Source: Acidobacteriota bacterium (GTDB lineage Bacteria > Acidobacteriota > UBA6911 > RPQK01 > JADFOI01). Taken from it: a stretch of 64,000 bases of DNA. The notes below the pieces were generated by a model. The model saw only the letters and a program-made list of their open reading frames with translations, was not told where the DNA came from and made no database searches. The stretch spans positions 2,880,001 through 2,944,000 of the forward strand of contig OY760074.1 of NCBI GenBank assembly GCA_963663035.1, in the 5' to 3' direction. Positions 38,824 to 48,984 of this stretch are shown here, one piece after another (the first letter of the stretch is position 1; every line of letters begins with the position of its first letter). The position numbers and the translations under genes are program-made.

Positions 38824-41097
38824 TCACTCGTCTGACTGTCTGAGACGAAGGCTGTTGGCTACCACAGTAACGCTACTGAAGGCCATGGCCAAGGCGGCTA
38901 GAATGGGATGTAAGGATCGAAGTGCGCTGGGGAAAATGGCGAAAGGATAGAGAACCCCGGCCGCCAATGGAATGAGGATCACGTTGTAGAAAAAGGCCCA
39001 GAAGAGATTCTGTTTGATGGTCCGCAGGGTGGCCTTGCTGAGAGCAATGGATTGCGGAACGGAGCGAAGGTCACCTCTCATGAGAGTCACATCAGCCGTT
39101 TCCATGGCCACGTCGGTACCCGTTCCTATAGCGATTCCCACATCCGCCTGAGCCAGAGCGGGGGCGTCATTGATTCCATCTCCCACCATCGCCACCAATC
39201 CCACTCCCTCGCTTTGCAGCTTCTGAATGTGGGCCGCCTTCTCGCCAGGAAGCACCTCCGCCAGGACCCGGTCGATCCCCACTTCTCCAGCTATAGCCTG
39301 GGCTGTGGCCGTATTGTCGCCCGTCATCATGACCACCGTCAGGCCCAGTTGTTGAAGCTCCCCAACAGCCTCCCTGGAGCCTGGCTTCAAGGTGTCCGCA
39401 ATGCCCAAAAGGCCCACAGCCTTCTCGTCAACCGCCACCCAGACTACGGTTTTTGCTTCCGATTGCAGGCGTTTGGCTTCGGCTTCCAGCCCGTTGAGTT
39501 GAACTGAGCTCTCCATCATCATCTTGAGGTTACCCAGAGCCACGCGGCGCCCCTCAACCCGGGCAACCACTCCCTGGCCCGATTGAGCTTCAAATTGATC
39601 GGGTTGGCTCAAGGGGAGCCCCCGCTCTTGAGCGGCTCCTACAATCGCTTCCCCCAAGGGATGTTCACTCCCCCTTTCCACCGATGCAGCCAGTGACAGC
39701 AGTTCAGCTCCTTCCTGGCCTGTTTTCAGGTTCTGCTCTGGGACCCAGATATCGGTGACGGAAGGCTTACCCAATGTGAGGGTCCCGGTTTTATCCAGCA
39801 CAATCACCTTGAGTGAATGGGCATTCTCCAATGCCTGGCTGCTCTTGAAGAGAATGCCATTTTGGGCCCCCCTACCCGTAGCCACCATAATGGCGGTGGG
39901 TGTGGCGAGTCCCAGAGCACAAGGGCAGGCGATGACCAGCACTGCCACCATCCGAATCATGGCCGGGGTCAAACCTTGCTGGGCGATCACCCACCAAACC
40001 AGAAAGGTGACCGCGGCCACAAGAATCACGATGGGCACAAAGACACCGGCCACCTGATCGGCCAGGCGCTGAATCGGGGCCCGGCTTCCTTGAGCCTCCT
40101 GCACCAGACGAATGATCTGTGCCAGGGCAGTCTCGGCTCCCACACGCCGGGCCTCGAACAGGAGTCTCCCCTGCTGGTTGATGGAACCGCCGATCACCTC
40201 TTCACCTGTCTGCTTGGTGACGGGGAGACTCTCACCCGTCATCATACTCTCGTCTACTCCTGATCGACCTTCGGTGACGATACCGTCCACGGGAATCCTC
40301 TCCCCGGGACGGACAACGACGATGTCACCTAGGGCAACTTCTGCAACCGGGATATCCACTTCCTGATTGTCTCTGACCACGCGGGCCGTCTTTGGGCGCA
40401 GACCCATCAGCTTTTTAATGGCCGCGCTGGTTTTACCTTTGGCTCGAGCCTCCAGAAGCTTTCCCAGTTTGATCAGAGTGATGATGACGGCTGCGGTCTC
40501 ATAGTAAACATGCGTTCCCAGAGCGGGACTCCCAAGAGTCAGTGCCACAGTCACAGGAATACTGTAGAAGTAGGCGGCTGAGGAGCCCATCGCAATCAAC
40601 ACGTCCATATTGGCCGAGCGGTTGCGCAGGGAGTTCCAGCCACCGACATAGTAGTCCCAGCCCACGTAAAATTGCACAGGCGTCCCCAAAGCGAGCATCA
40701 GCCAATTCACCCAGGCAGCGTAAGACCAGGCTCCCAGAAGACCAAAGTCGCGTGACATGCTGAGTAAAAACAGGGGTAGCGAGAGGCTCACACCGATCCA
40801 GAACTTGCGGGCCAGAGTCTCAATCTCAGCCTGGCGGGCAGCTCCTTCGCTGTCTTCCAGCAGGTCAGGCCCAGATTCTGCCGCTGAGTAGCCGACTCGC
40901 TCGATGGCTGCCACCAGGTCGTGGGGGCTCACCTGATCCGGGAGGTACACCACCTGAGCTTTCTCGCTGGCAAAGTTGACATTCGCTCCCACCACACCGG
41001 CGACCTTCTTTTCCAGCGTCCGCTGGATCGTAGCGGCACAGTTGGCGCAGGTCATCCCGGTGATGGCCAGGGTGATCTGTTCCTCATTGGGGCTCAC
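38824..41097 (-). CDS. copA: Cu(I)-translocating P1B-type ATPase
   Basis: GMTCANC, TGES, CPC, DKTGT, HP, GDGIND, YN, MAFSS. Confidence 0.96.
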   Translation of the reverse strand: MSPNEEQITLAITGMTCANCAATIQRTLEKKVAGVVGANVNFASEKAQVVYLPDQVSPHDLVAAIERVGYSAAESGPDLLEDSEGAARQAEIETLARKFWIGVSLSLPLFLLSMSRDFGLLGAWSYAAWVNWLMLALGTPVQFYVGWDYYVGGWNSLRNRSANMDVLIAMGSSAAYFYSIPVTVALTLGSPALGTHVYYETAAVIITLIKLGKLLEARAKGKTSAAIKKLMGLRPKTARVVRDNQEVDIPVAEVALGDIVVVRPGERIPVDGIVTEGRSGVDESMMTGESLPVTKQTGEEVIGGSINQQGRLLFEARRVGAETALAQIIRLVQEAQGSRAPIQRLADQVAGVFVPIVILVAAVTFLVWWVIAQQGLTPAMIRMVAVLVIACPCALGLATPTAIMVATGRGAQNGILFKSSQALENAHSLKVIVLDKTGTLTLGKPSVTDIWVPEQNLKTGQEGAELLSLAASVERGSEHPLGEAIVGAAQERGLPLSQPDQFEAQSGQGVVARVEGRRVALGNLKMMMESSVQLNGLEAEAKRLQSEAKTVVWVAVDEKAVGLLGIADTLKPGSREAVGELQQLGLTVVMMTGDNTATAQAIAGEVGIDRVLAEVLPGEKAAHIQKLQSEGVGLVAMVGDGINDAPALAQADVGIAIGTGTDVAMETADVTLMRGDLRSVPQSIALSKATLRTIKQNLFWAFFYNVILIPLAAGVLYPFAIFPSALRSLHPILAALAMAFSSVTVVANSLRLRQSDE

Positions 41098-41306
41098 TCA
41101 TCCTCCGCTGGATAATTGATCTCCTGCAACAAATGACGCACCTGCTCCCAACTCAGGGAACTCTCGTCCCAGTCGAGAGTGACCATCTTAGTTGGATCGT
41201 CGGCCTGAACCGAGGTGACGCCCTCCAGCTCACTCAATTCTTGCCGAATGGTCATGACACAGTGACCACAACTAATGTTCGGTACTCGAAACGTCTTTGT
41301 CTTCAT
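41094..41306 (-). CDS. copZ: Copper chaperone (HMA domain)
   Basis: ISCGHC; between csoR and copA. Confidence 0.9.
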   Translation of the reverse strand: MKTKTFRVPNISCGHCVMTIRQELSELEGVTSVQADDPTKMVTLDWDESSLSWEQVRHLLQEINYPAEDE

Positions 41307-41362
41307 GTCTCTCTCCTCCCCCTCTCATCCGCAAACATTACCCTATTTCTCAAAAGGTGTAC

Positions 41363-41641
41363 CTAGCGCTTTCCCGTGGTCTTGAAGACGTCCAGAATTT
41401 CTCCAATGACACGCTCCCGCTCGTCTGGATTGTCCCCTCGAATCGCGGTAGTGGCACAGGTGTGCAGATGCCGGTCCAGTACCAGGGTATTCACTTTCTC
41501 GAGCGCCCGCTGTACTGCCACTATCTGGTTCACGATATCGATACAATAGGCGTCACTTTCCACCATGCGGGCGATGCCTCCAACGTGTCCTTCAGCGCTC
41601 TTTAACCGCTTTAAGATATCGGATGTGACTTTCTGACTCAT
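41363..41641 (-). CDS. csoR: CsoR-family metal-sensing repressor
   Basis: RLKSAEGH, YC, HLHTC. Confidence 0.92.
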   Translation of the reverse strand: MSQKVTSDILKRLKSAEGHVGGIARMVESDAYCIDIVNQIVAVQRALEKVNTLVLDRHLHTCATTAIRGDNPDERERVIGEILDVFKTTGKR

Positions 41642-41663
41642 TGTTTTCCCGGCCCTTTCGGCC

Positions 41664-41724
41664 CACCCCCCCAGGGGCTGGGGTACTCTTCCCTATTATG
41701 AGCATTAAGAACAACTCTTGTCAA
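41664..41724 (-). promoter_or_regulatory. Sigma70 promoter and CsoR-type operator
   Basis: Minus strand TTGACA-N18-CATAAT, followed by C-tract/G-tract pseudo-palindrome TACCCCAGCCCCTGGGGGGG. Confidence 0.7.
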
Positions 41725-41739
41725 CTTCAGGAATGGAGA

Positions 41740-42639
41740 TTAATCGATGGCCTGGTCTGAGAGAACGGCTATCAAAGAGAGAGGGTCAATCCGGCTTCCA
41801 TTGAGACGAACACTCCAGTGAAGGTGGGGGCCGGTGACACGACCTGTAGCTCCCACGTAGCCGATCTGCTCTCCGGGTGAGACCAGATCCCCCTCTGCTA
41901 CGGCGAAGCGGGACAGATGGCCGAAGTAGGAATAGAGTCCCTGTCCGTGGTCCACGATAATGGTGTTACCAGAGAAGTAGAGATTTGAAACCAGAACGGC
42001 TTTCCCGCTATTGGGGGATCTCACGGGAGTTCCCTCATCGGCATCAAAATCTGTTCCGCTGTGAGGGCTGCGCGGCTGCCCGTTCAGGATACTGCGTTTG
42101 CCAAACCCACTGGTGGCCGCGCCTGGGACCGGTGACAGAAAGGATCTCTCCCAGAGTTTCCGCGGGTTGATGGTGGCGAAGATCGCCCCGACTCTCTGGG
42201 ACTCCTCCTGGATGCGCTCCGACTCTTCCTGGGGAGGATTGACGAATCTCTCCTCTACAGTGAGCCGGCGAGTGGGGAAGTCTTTCCCCCCAACCTGGAG
42301 TTCATATCTGGCTTCGACTGAAGAACCGCTCTCGGTTGCTCCCTTGAGACTGACCGGGTAATTACCAGGGGATGTTTCCAGATCAATGCCGATAAGACCT
42401 TGCCACTTTCTTCCATCCCCGCTGGGAGAGAAGAGGACGGTTTTTTCAAAAGCTTCTCCCTGCATGCTTTCCAAAGGGACAGTGCTTTCAGCCCTGATCA
42501 GGACAACTTCTCCCGGCTGCAGTGAGCGGGCCAGATGGGAAACTTCCAGCTTGGAAGGTGTCAACTGATTGGCAGCACCCATCAAGGCAGGCAAGACCAG
42601 GAGTAACCACAAAAGAATCTGAAAAAACGACTTTTTCAT
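41740..42639 (-). CDS. M23 family metallopeptidase
   Basis: HSGTD, GPHLH; signal peptide. Confidence 0.93.
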   Translation of the reverse strand: MKKSFFQILLWLLLVLPALMGAANQLTPSKLEVSHLARSLQPGEVVLIRAESTVPLESMQGEAFEKTVLFSPSGDGRKWQGLIGIDLETSPGNYPVSLKGATESGSSVEARYELQVGGKDFPTRRLTVEERFVNPPQEESERIQEESQRVGAIFATINPRKLWERSFLSPVPGAATSGFGKRSILNGQPRSPHSGTDFDADEGTPVRSPNSGKAVLVSNLYFSGNTIIVDHGQGLYSYFGHLSRFAVAEGDLVSPGEQIGYVGATGRVTGPHLHWSVRLNGSRIDPLSLIAVLSDQAID

Positions 42640-42707
42640 GAGCTTCGATTATATAGTAGAACCGTGTTGAAAAGCATTCGACTATACTAGCGGGCTAGGC
42701 CTGAACG

Positions 42708-43346
42708 ATGAAGTGTATTCTTTGCGGAAAGAGGAAGGGGAAGCGATTCTGTCCCGCCAAGAACACTTCGATCTGTGCTCAGTGTTGCGGTGAAAAGCGG
42801 GTTGTCGAAATCCCTTGCCCATCGGATTGCGTTTTTCTCAGGACCGGTCACAGCTACCAGTCGATCAAAAAATACACGTCGCAACTCCGCCATGAGGAAG
42901 ATCCCCTCCGGCGCAGAAAACTCTACGAGACCGGCCAACAGTTTGGCCCTCTTTTTGGTGAGCTTGAAAGGACGATCATCGGTTACGCAGCCGATCTGAG
43001 AACCCTCACCGACCAGCATATTCTGGAGGCCGTGAGCTTGTTGAAGAAGACCTATCGGACCGAGCGAAAGGGTGTGATTTATGAGCACGACTCCACCAAT
43101 CCACTCGTGCAAGCTTTGTCTCGGGATCTAAGAGTTTCTCTGGAAAAGATCAGAACGGGACAGGAGGGTCAGTCGCCGAGCCTGAAGACGACTGATTTGT
43201 TGGACTGCCTGGAGGTTGTGGAGCACGACATCGGCTATCATCTCGAGGGGCTGATTGAACGAGGAAGTTACCTGGAATTTATTAAAAAGAATCATCCTGA
43301 AATTGCATCCAAAGCGGCCTCCAAAGGCAGCCTGATTCAGCCCTGA
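42708..43346 (+). CDS. Hypothetical protein with N-terminal Cys-rich zinc-binding domain
   Basis: CILC, FCP, CAQCC, CPSDC, then helical domain. Confidence 0.8.
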   Translation: MKCILCGKRKGKRFCPAKNTSICAQCCGEKRVVEIPCPSDCVFLRTGHSYQSIKKYTSQLRHEEDPLRRRKLYETGQQFGPLFGELERTIIGYAADLRTLTDQHILEAVSLLKKTYRTERKGVIYEHDSTNPLVQALSRDLRVSLEKIRTGQEGQSPSLKTTDLLDCLEVVEHDIGYHLEGLIERGSYLEFIKKNHPEIASKAASKGSLIQP

Positions 43347-43373
43347 GCCGAAGCTGATGCAACGAGGTTCAAC

Positions 43374-43844
43374 ATGCGATGCTATCTCGTCCAGCATGGA
43401 AAGTCGCAATCCAAGGCAGAGGATCCCTCACGATCACTGACAAAGGAAGGAATCGTTGAATCGACTCGCACCAGTGAGTTTCTCTCCCACATCGGCCTTT
43501 CTGTTTCTCTCATCCAGCACAGCGGCAAAGCTCGAGCCCAGCAAACGGCAACCATCCTGGCACGGGGCGTCAGGGGCCGGTCCGAACAGATCAAGGGCCT
43601 CGCTCCCCTGGACGATCCTGAACTCATGGCCGACTTGCTGGGCGGAACGTCTCATGATGTAATGCTGGTTGGACATCTCCCCCACCTGGAAAGCCTTGCT
43701 TCGATCCTCTTAACAGGGAGAGCCGACCAAAAGCCGGTCAGATTTCAAAACAGTGGTGTCCTGTGCCTGGAGAGGAACGAGGATAAGACCTGGTCTCTGG
43801 TGTGGCTGATCACTCCAGAACTTGTGGACGCGTCTGACTTCTAG
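43374..43844 (+). CDS. sixA: Phosphohistidine phosphatase SixA
   Basis: LVQHG, RSLT, HSGKARAQQTA, LVGHLP. Confidence 0.88.
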   Translation: MRCYLVQHGKSQSKAEDPSRSLTKEGIVESTRTSEFLSHIGLSVSLIQHSGKARAQQTATILARGVRGRSEQIKGLAPLDDPELMADLLGGTSHDVMLVGHLPHLESLASILLTGRADQKPVRFQNSGVLCLERNEDKTWSLVWLITPELVDASDF

Positions 43845-43847
43845 GAA

Positions 43848-44186
43848 TCAGACTCCAGCGGTGTAGGCACGGTCGATCTTTGCCGCCAGGATGAAGTCAC
43901 CTTCACTGAGGCCGTTTATTTTGTGGGTCCAGATCTTGACCTCGACCTTTCCCCAGGCCAGATAGAGGTCGGGATGGTGCCCCTCCTTTTCGGCAATCTC
44001 CCCCACCTGATTCAGAAAGTGGAGAGCGGTCTTGAAGTCTTTGGATTTGAAGGTCTTTTGAATATGATGATTCTCAAGCACTTCCCAGTCACTGACCTGT
44101 TCTGCAAGGGGTCTGATTTCCTCAGCGGTGAGAGGTGGAGTCCCTCCCCGGCAGGGCACACATTTTTTCTCGGCCAGCTCTGTCAT
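43848..44186 (-). CDS. Pterin-4-alpha-carbinolamine dehydratase
   Basis: CVPC, EGHHPD, WTH, DFILAAKID. Confidence 0.92.
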   Translation of the reverse strand: MTELAEKKCVPCRGGTPPLTAEEIRPLAEQVSDWEVLENHHIQKTFKSKDFKTALHFLNQVGEIAEKEGHHPDLYLAWGKVEVKIWTHKINGLSEGDFILAAKIDRAYTAGV

Positions 44187-44322
44187 TGGTTCTGATGGCG
44201 GGTGTTCAGGCAGGTCTAGATCGAGGCCGCACAAGCCCTTCGACCGCAGGCGTAGCCGGAGCTACGTTGAGGATCGAAGGGCGCGGAGAACGAAGAGCTT
44301 GGCCTTCCTGGACAGCCGCCAC

Positions 44323-46332
44323 CTAGGGGGCTGTCAGGTCTACCAGATCGTTCTTGCTCTTCTTCTGAAGGACCATCTCTTCATAGTACTCACGAACCAT
44401 GGCCTCCTCTTTGGCTGCCTTCCTGCGCGCCATCTTCTCATCTCGCGCGGTTTGCGGTCGGTCGCCCTTATCTTTCATCCGGCTCGCATCCTTCGCATTG
44501 ATCTTCAGGGCGTGCTCGTAAGTGTCGAGGTCGACATCTTTGCCGCCGGCAAAGATCTCGTGACGACCTTGTTCCTTGTACCAGTTCGCGACGGTGGCAT
44601 TCATGTGCATGTGCTCAATGATGTTTCGCCATCCGTGGCCCGTATTATAGGCGCAGAAGGAAATTTCGCCTTCCTGGGTTGCATAGGGAATGATGCACAT
44701 CTCGGTACGGCGAAAGTCGTAATTGAACAAATCCTGAAACCACATACCGGCGACAAAGAGAAAGTTCCAGCGATCGTCACGACGATCCTTGGCCGCTGTG
44801 CCATAGTCCTTGCCCGACAAACCAAAGCTCTTATCAAACTTCTTGAGGAGATCCAGCAGGGTCAGCTGGGAAGGCGCTTGAAATGGTTTGTAGTTCTTGA
44901 GCAAGGCCAATCCCATCATGAGGTTGGAAAACCAGGTTTCTCGCCCCGCATCGGTGATCCCCTGCATATCCTTGACCAGTCCCGGGATATTGAGGAATTG
45001 TGGTACAGGGGCTGCTTCTTTGGTTTCCTTGTCAATCATCATGGCCGTACCGATGCCGCAGTTGGGATGGCAGCCACAGCTCACCTGGCCCCACTTGGCT
45101 GACGGTCCGTGCGCCTGATCCGCAAAATCAGCAAAGGCACCCATCAGGGACAGGGGGAACCAGTCTCTGGTGGGTTCGGTCAATCCAACCTGCGTTTTGA
45201 CATCCCTGGCCAGGTGGGACAAGGTATAACGCTGTCGGAGCCTTCGCTCGTCCGTGATTTCCTCATCCCGCCCGGTAAAGGACACCGGTTGAAAGGCAAT
45301 GAAAGCGATCTTCTTGGGGTTGTCCATCGCGAAGCGGATAATGGGTCCCACCTGATCATTGTTCACGTCGTTGACCAGGGTGATCACCAGGATGATCTCG
45401 ATTCCCGCTTCGTGGATGTTATTTATGGCACGCAGCTTGACATCGAACAGGTTGCCGATGTGGCGATGGCTGTTGGCATCGTTCCCAATCCCATCAAACT
45501 GCAGGTAGGCATAACGCAATCCCGCCTCGGCTGCTTTGCGGGCAAAGGTCTTGCTTTTGGCAAACTCAATTCCGTTGGTAGCAGCTTGCACGCTGTTGTA
45601 GCCGATTTTACGGGCATACTTGATGGCTCGGAAAAAGTGCGGGGAGATGGAAGGCTCACCACCTGAGAACTGCACCGACATCTGCCGTCTTGGTTTGATC
45701 TTCATGGAGTTGTCGAGTATCTCTTTGATTTCGCCCCACTCCAGTTCATGGACAAAACCCACCTGGTTGGCATCCATGAAGCAGGGATCGCACATCATAT
45801 TACAGCGGTTGGTCAGATCGACCGTGAGCACCGAACCGCGTCCATGCTTGATGGTACTGGACCCGTGGTCGTGCAGATCTTTGTCATTGTGAGTCCGAAT
45901 ATCGCGACCGGGAAAGTTTTCCTCAATCCAGCTCAAGAATTTGGTATCGATGGCCATCAAGTCTTCAAACTTTCCGTGCTGAGGACACTCTTTGATCATC
46001 CACACCTCTCCATCACGATCCACAATCTGGGCCTTGATTTCACCGACTTTCTCATCGATGAGGATCCGATAATCTTCTTCTCCGCTCAGAATCCTCTCAC
46101 GCGCTTCCACCACACACTTGGGACAGAGTGAATCCGTCTCACGCGGCCAACCCAGCTTGGGCTTGGTTTTCTCCCAGGATTTCAGCAAAGGTTTATCGGA
46201 CCATTTCGGGGTAAAGGAGGGTCTGGGTTTATATTTGTTGAAGAATTGAATGGAGTTGAAAGAAACTCGTGCCCCAAAACAGAGGGCCGTATCCATACAC
46301 TTCAACGCGTTTGTGGTTAAACTTGCTGGCAT
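44323..46332 (-). CDS. Radical SAM protein of the Tes / GDGT-MAS (MJ0619) family
   Basis: N-terminal CPKC...CPQHG, CNMMCDPC, C-terminal CHPNC, MWFQD, CIIPYA, FCAYN. Confidence 0.82.
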   Translation of the reverse strand: MPASLTTNALKCMDTALCFGARVSFNSIQFFNKYKPRPSFTPKWSDKPLLKSWEKTKPKLGWPRETDSLCPKCVVEARERILSGEEDYRILIDEKVGEIKAQIVDRDGEVWMIKECPQHGKFEDLMAIDTKFLSWIEENFPGRDIRTHNDKDLHDHGSSTIKHGRGSVLTVDLTNRCNMMCDPCFMDANQVGFVHELEWGEIKEILDNSMKIKPRRQMSVQFSGGEPSISPHFFRAIKYARKIGYNSVQAATNGIEFAKSKTFARKAAEAGLRYAYLQFDGIGNDANSHRHIGNLFDVKLRAINNIHEAGIEIILVITLVNDVNNDQVGPIIRFAMDNPKKIAFIAFQPVSFTGRDEEITDERRLRQRYTLSHLARDVKTQVGLTEPTRDWFPLSLMGAFADFADQAHGPSAKWGQVSCGCHPNCGIGTAMMIDKETKEAAPVPQFLNIPGLVKDMQGITDAGRETWFSNLMMGLALLKNYKPFQAPSQLTLLDLLKKFDKSFGLSGKDYGTAAKDRRDDRWNFLFVAGMWFQDLFNYDFRRTEMCIIPYATQEGEISFCAYNTGHGWRNIIEHMHMNATVANWYKEQGRHEIFAGGKDVDLDTYEHALKINAKDASRMKDKGDRPQTARDEKMARRKAAKEEAMVREYYEEMVLQKKSKNDLVDLTAP

Positions 46333-46582
46333 AAGTCAAGATCCTTTCTCTTTTATACCTTATTAATCAGCGAGCATCTACTTCAAGTGAGCACAATACA
46401 CTCATGGAAGATACAAGTATGTTGTGGTTGCCAGGGATCGTCAACCCTGGTGAGGGGCAGGGGGTGGTCCAGTCTACTTTTTTTGGAAAAATTGATCCCA
46501 TCCCAAAAAACCGCACTTAAAAGAACAATTTGGTGTAAAATCAGGTGATCAAGCACCATTAACAGAAGGAGACCGAATTAGG

Positions 46583-47179
46583 ATGCTGACTTTAACCGAT
46601 ACAGCCAAAGAGCAGATCTCATCCTCCCTTGCCCAACAGGAGGATAAAACCGCCCTGCGGGTGGAGGCTAACACCAATGGTACCAGTGAGTTCTCGTACG
46701 GCATGAAGCTTATCGGCCAGGAAGACAGGACCCCTGAAGATATCATTGTGGAAGGCCAAGAGTTCCAGATTGTCATTGACCCCAAGAGTGCGGAGTACTT
46801 GAAAGGGGCGACCATTGATTACGAAGACAAGATCGTTAAGAGCGGCTTCAAGTTTCAGAACCCCAACAAGCCGGAGGTCCCCAAGTTAGGTGACGGTCCT
46901 CGAAGTGACCTCACTGGACCCGTCGCAGAAAAGGTACAGAGATTGCTCGATTCCGAGCTGAATCCGGCTGTGGCCGCCCATGGCGGAAAGATTCAGTTGG
47001 TGGGAATTCGGGACAACAAGGTCTACTTGAGTTTCGGAGGCGGTTGCCACGGTTGCGGTATGGTGGACGTCACTCTCAAGCAGGGTGTCGAGCAAAGACT
47101 GAGAGATCTCATCCCTGAAATTGAGGAAGTGGTCGACACGACCGACCACAGCACCGGCGAGAATCCCTTCTACACTTGA
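46583..47179 (+). CDS. nfuA: Fe-S biogenesis protein NfuA
   Basis: Cys-less A-type domain (GFKFQNPN) + NifU-C (HGG, GGCHGC, TDH..GENP). Confidence 0.9.
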   Translation: MLTLTDTAKEQISSSLAQQEDKTALRVEANTNGTSEFSYGMKLIGQEDRTPEDIIVEGQEFQIVIDPKSAEYLKGATIDYEDKIVKSGFKFQNPNKPEVPKLGDGPRSDLTGPVAEKVQRLLDSELNPAVAAHGGKIQLVGIRDNKVYLSFGGGCHGCGMVDVTLKQGVEQRLRDLIPEIEEVVDTTDHSTGENPFYT

Positions 47180-47266
47180 GCTGGACTTTTTTCACTCAAT
47201 GGATAGAAATCTTGTCTTGACAGCTGTGTTTTGATATAAATCCAAGCTTCTGAGGTCCAGCCCATA

Positions 47267-48439
47267 ATGAATAGAAAACCACTTTTGCTCGTTCTTTTAC
47301 TTCCTTTTTTGTTCCTTTCGGCCTGTGGCGGCGAAGCCACAACGGCAACTTTTAATCGTATTGCGAATAATCGAACTGTCACCATTGGCTCAGTGCCCTT
47401 CGAAGCACCGTTACTGTATCAAGATGGCCAGAACTGGGTGGGACCGGATGCTGAGTTGGGTTGGCTGATCGTGGAAAGGATACGAGAAGATGTTGACGGG
47501 GGAGAAAATGCGGCCGAGATTGAAGGCCGGTTTATCGGCATGCAGCACGAAACTCTGGCCACCGCGTTAGAGGGTTCAGAGGTGGATATGGTTCTGGGTG
47601 TCTTTGGAATCACAGAGGAGCGAAAAGAGAAAGTTTTATTCTCCGAACCTTATCACAGCTTGGAACTCGTTCTCAGCATCAACCCTGTCTACAGCGACCT
47701 GAGTCCCGATTCCCTGGCCGGGGAGGATATTGGAGTTCGGCAGGGAACTGCCGTCGAGCAATTTGTGGAGGGGAAGTACCAGGATAGTACTATCGTTCCC
47801 TTCAAAACCCTTGACGACGCCATTTTAGCCCTCAGGAGGGGCGAGATCAGTGGAGTGATTGATGATCAGTACATGTCCGCTTATTCCCTGGATACGGTGC
47901 CCGGTGTATCTCACCTGGAACTCCTCCCGACAATAGTCGGGACAGTGGATTGTGCGGTTGCTGTGCAAAAAAAAGATACCCGTCTGCTGGAAATGGTGAA
48001 TGAAGTCATTGCCCAACTGCAGGCTGACGAGACCTATTCACAGTTGCTTGAGGGGGAACCTGAGGCTCAGTTAGCTCGGGTAATAGAGCGCCGTCCGGAG
48101 CGAGTGGAAAACGAGCGCCTGGCGGTGGAGCCCCGCAGCCTGGTCATCCAGATTAGCAAGGATGACAACTACGATTTTGACATCTATCGAATGGCCAACT
48201 TGAATATCACTCTCACCGAACAGGAAACTGGTCAGTCATTCACTTCCTCCCGGATCGATTTTCAGAGTAGCACGGGAGTCAGCGGCATCAAGGTTCCACC
48301 GGGCAGTTATAAGCTCGTGATCCCTAGAATGAACAACTGGTCTCCCGGCATAGTTGTCGTTCAGCCCTCCGATCCGAATCGGTTGACCATCCGCATTCGG
48401 CTGCAAATGGGAGGACAAGTGAGGATGACCAGAAGCTAG
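47267..48439 (+). CDS. Family-3 substrate-binding lipoprotein with extra C-terminal beta domain
   Basis: Lipobox LSAC, GPDAEL, ITEERK, FSEPY, GVRQGT. Confidence 0.85.
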   Translation: MNRKPLLLVLLLPFLFLSACGGEATTATFNRIANNRTVTIGSVPFEAPLLYQDGQNWVGPDAELGWLIVERIREDVDGGENAAEIEGRFIGMQHETLATALEGSEVDMVLGVFGITEERKEKVLFSEPYHSLELVLSINPVYSDLSPDSLAGEDIGVRQGTAVEQFVEGKYQDSTIVPFKTLDDAILALRRGEISGVIDDQYMSAYSLDTVPGVSHLELLPTIVGTVDCAVAVQKKDTRLLEMVNEVIAQLQADETYSQLLEGEPEAQLARVIERRPERVENERLAVEPRSLVIQISKDDNYDFDIYRMANLNITLTEQETGQSFTSSRIDFQSSTGVSGIKVPPGSYKLVIPRMNNWSPGIVVVQPSDPNRLTIRIRLQMGGQVRMTRS

Positions 48440-48447
48440 TTAATCTT

Positions 48448-48735
48448 AGCCCGCACTTCTCACACCCGCTCTACTACAGCGTCGCAATGATCCGACCTGA
48501 CTGCGTTGCACGACCCGCAAGCGGGTACCCCTCACCTCCTCAACGTACTCAAGAGTACGTTTGCGGGGGGCCGACCCGTGGCGGGTACCCCTCGCGCGCC
48601 AGTCGGAGCCGCAGGCTTTAGCCTGCGGGCCCGTGGGCTAAAGCCCACGGCTCTGTTTTCCGGCCCTTCCGCCGCTTCGTGACGACCTGGTGTGAGAACC
48701 GCGGGCTTGCCCGCACTTCTCACACCCGCTCTACT
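48448..48735 (+). repeat. Palindromic element type 2 with nested REP-like doublet, plus a partial second copy
   Basis: Ends AGCCCGCACTTCTCACACC / GGTGTGAGAACCGCGGGCT (to 48707); first 27 nt repeated at 48709-48735. Confidence 0.88.
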
Positions 48736-48758
48736 TCCTTTCTGATACACTTTTCTTA

Positions 48759-48907
48759 AGCCGGGATTATTCATAGGTTTTCGTGACGAAGTGCCGCAGG
48801 CGCCGCGATGACAAGGCGTGCAAGGAGTACCCGCTTGCGGGTCGCACAACGTAGCCAGCGTGGATGATTGCGGCACTGCAGTAGAAAACTTATGCATAAT
48901 ACCGGCT
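48759..48907 (-). repeat. Palindromic element type 1, short form
   Basis: Reverse complement closely matches 58134-58283. Confidence 0.9.
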
Positions 48908-48920
48908 AGAGGACTGACTG

Positions 48921-48948
48921 GGAACTTTTTCCTTCCCGGGAAATCTAA
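48921..48948 (+). promoter_or_regulatory. ECF (sigmaE-type) promoter, probably autoregulatory
   Basis: GGAACTT-N16-TCTAA directly upstream of the ECF sigma gene. Confidence 0.75.
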
Positions 48949-48984
48949 TTAAAGGTAAGAACCGAAACCAAGCAGGGCTGTTTC

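Noticed and set aside
48448-48907. CRISPR array
   Set aside because: No regularly spaced identical repeats with unique spacers and no cas genes anywhere in the window
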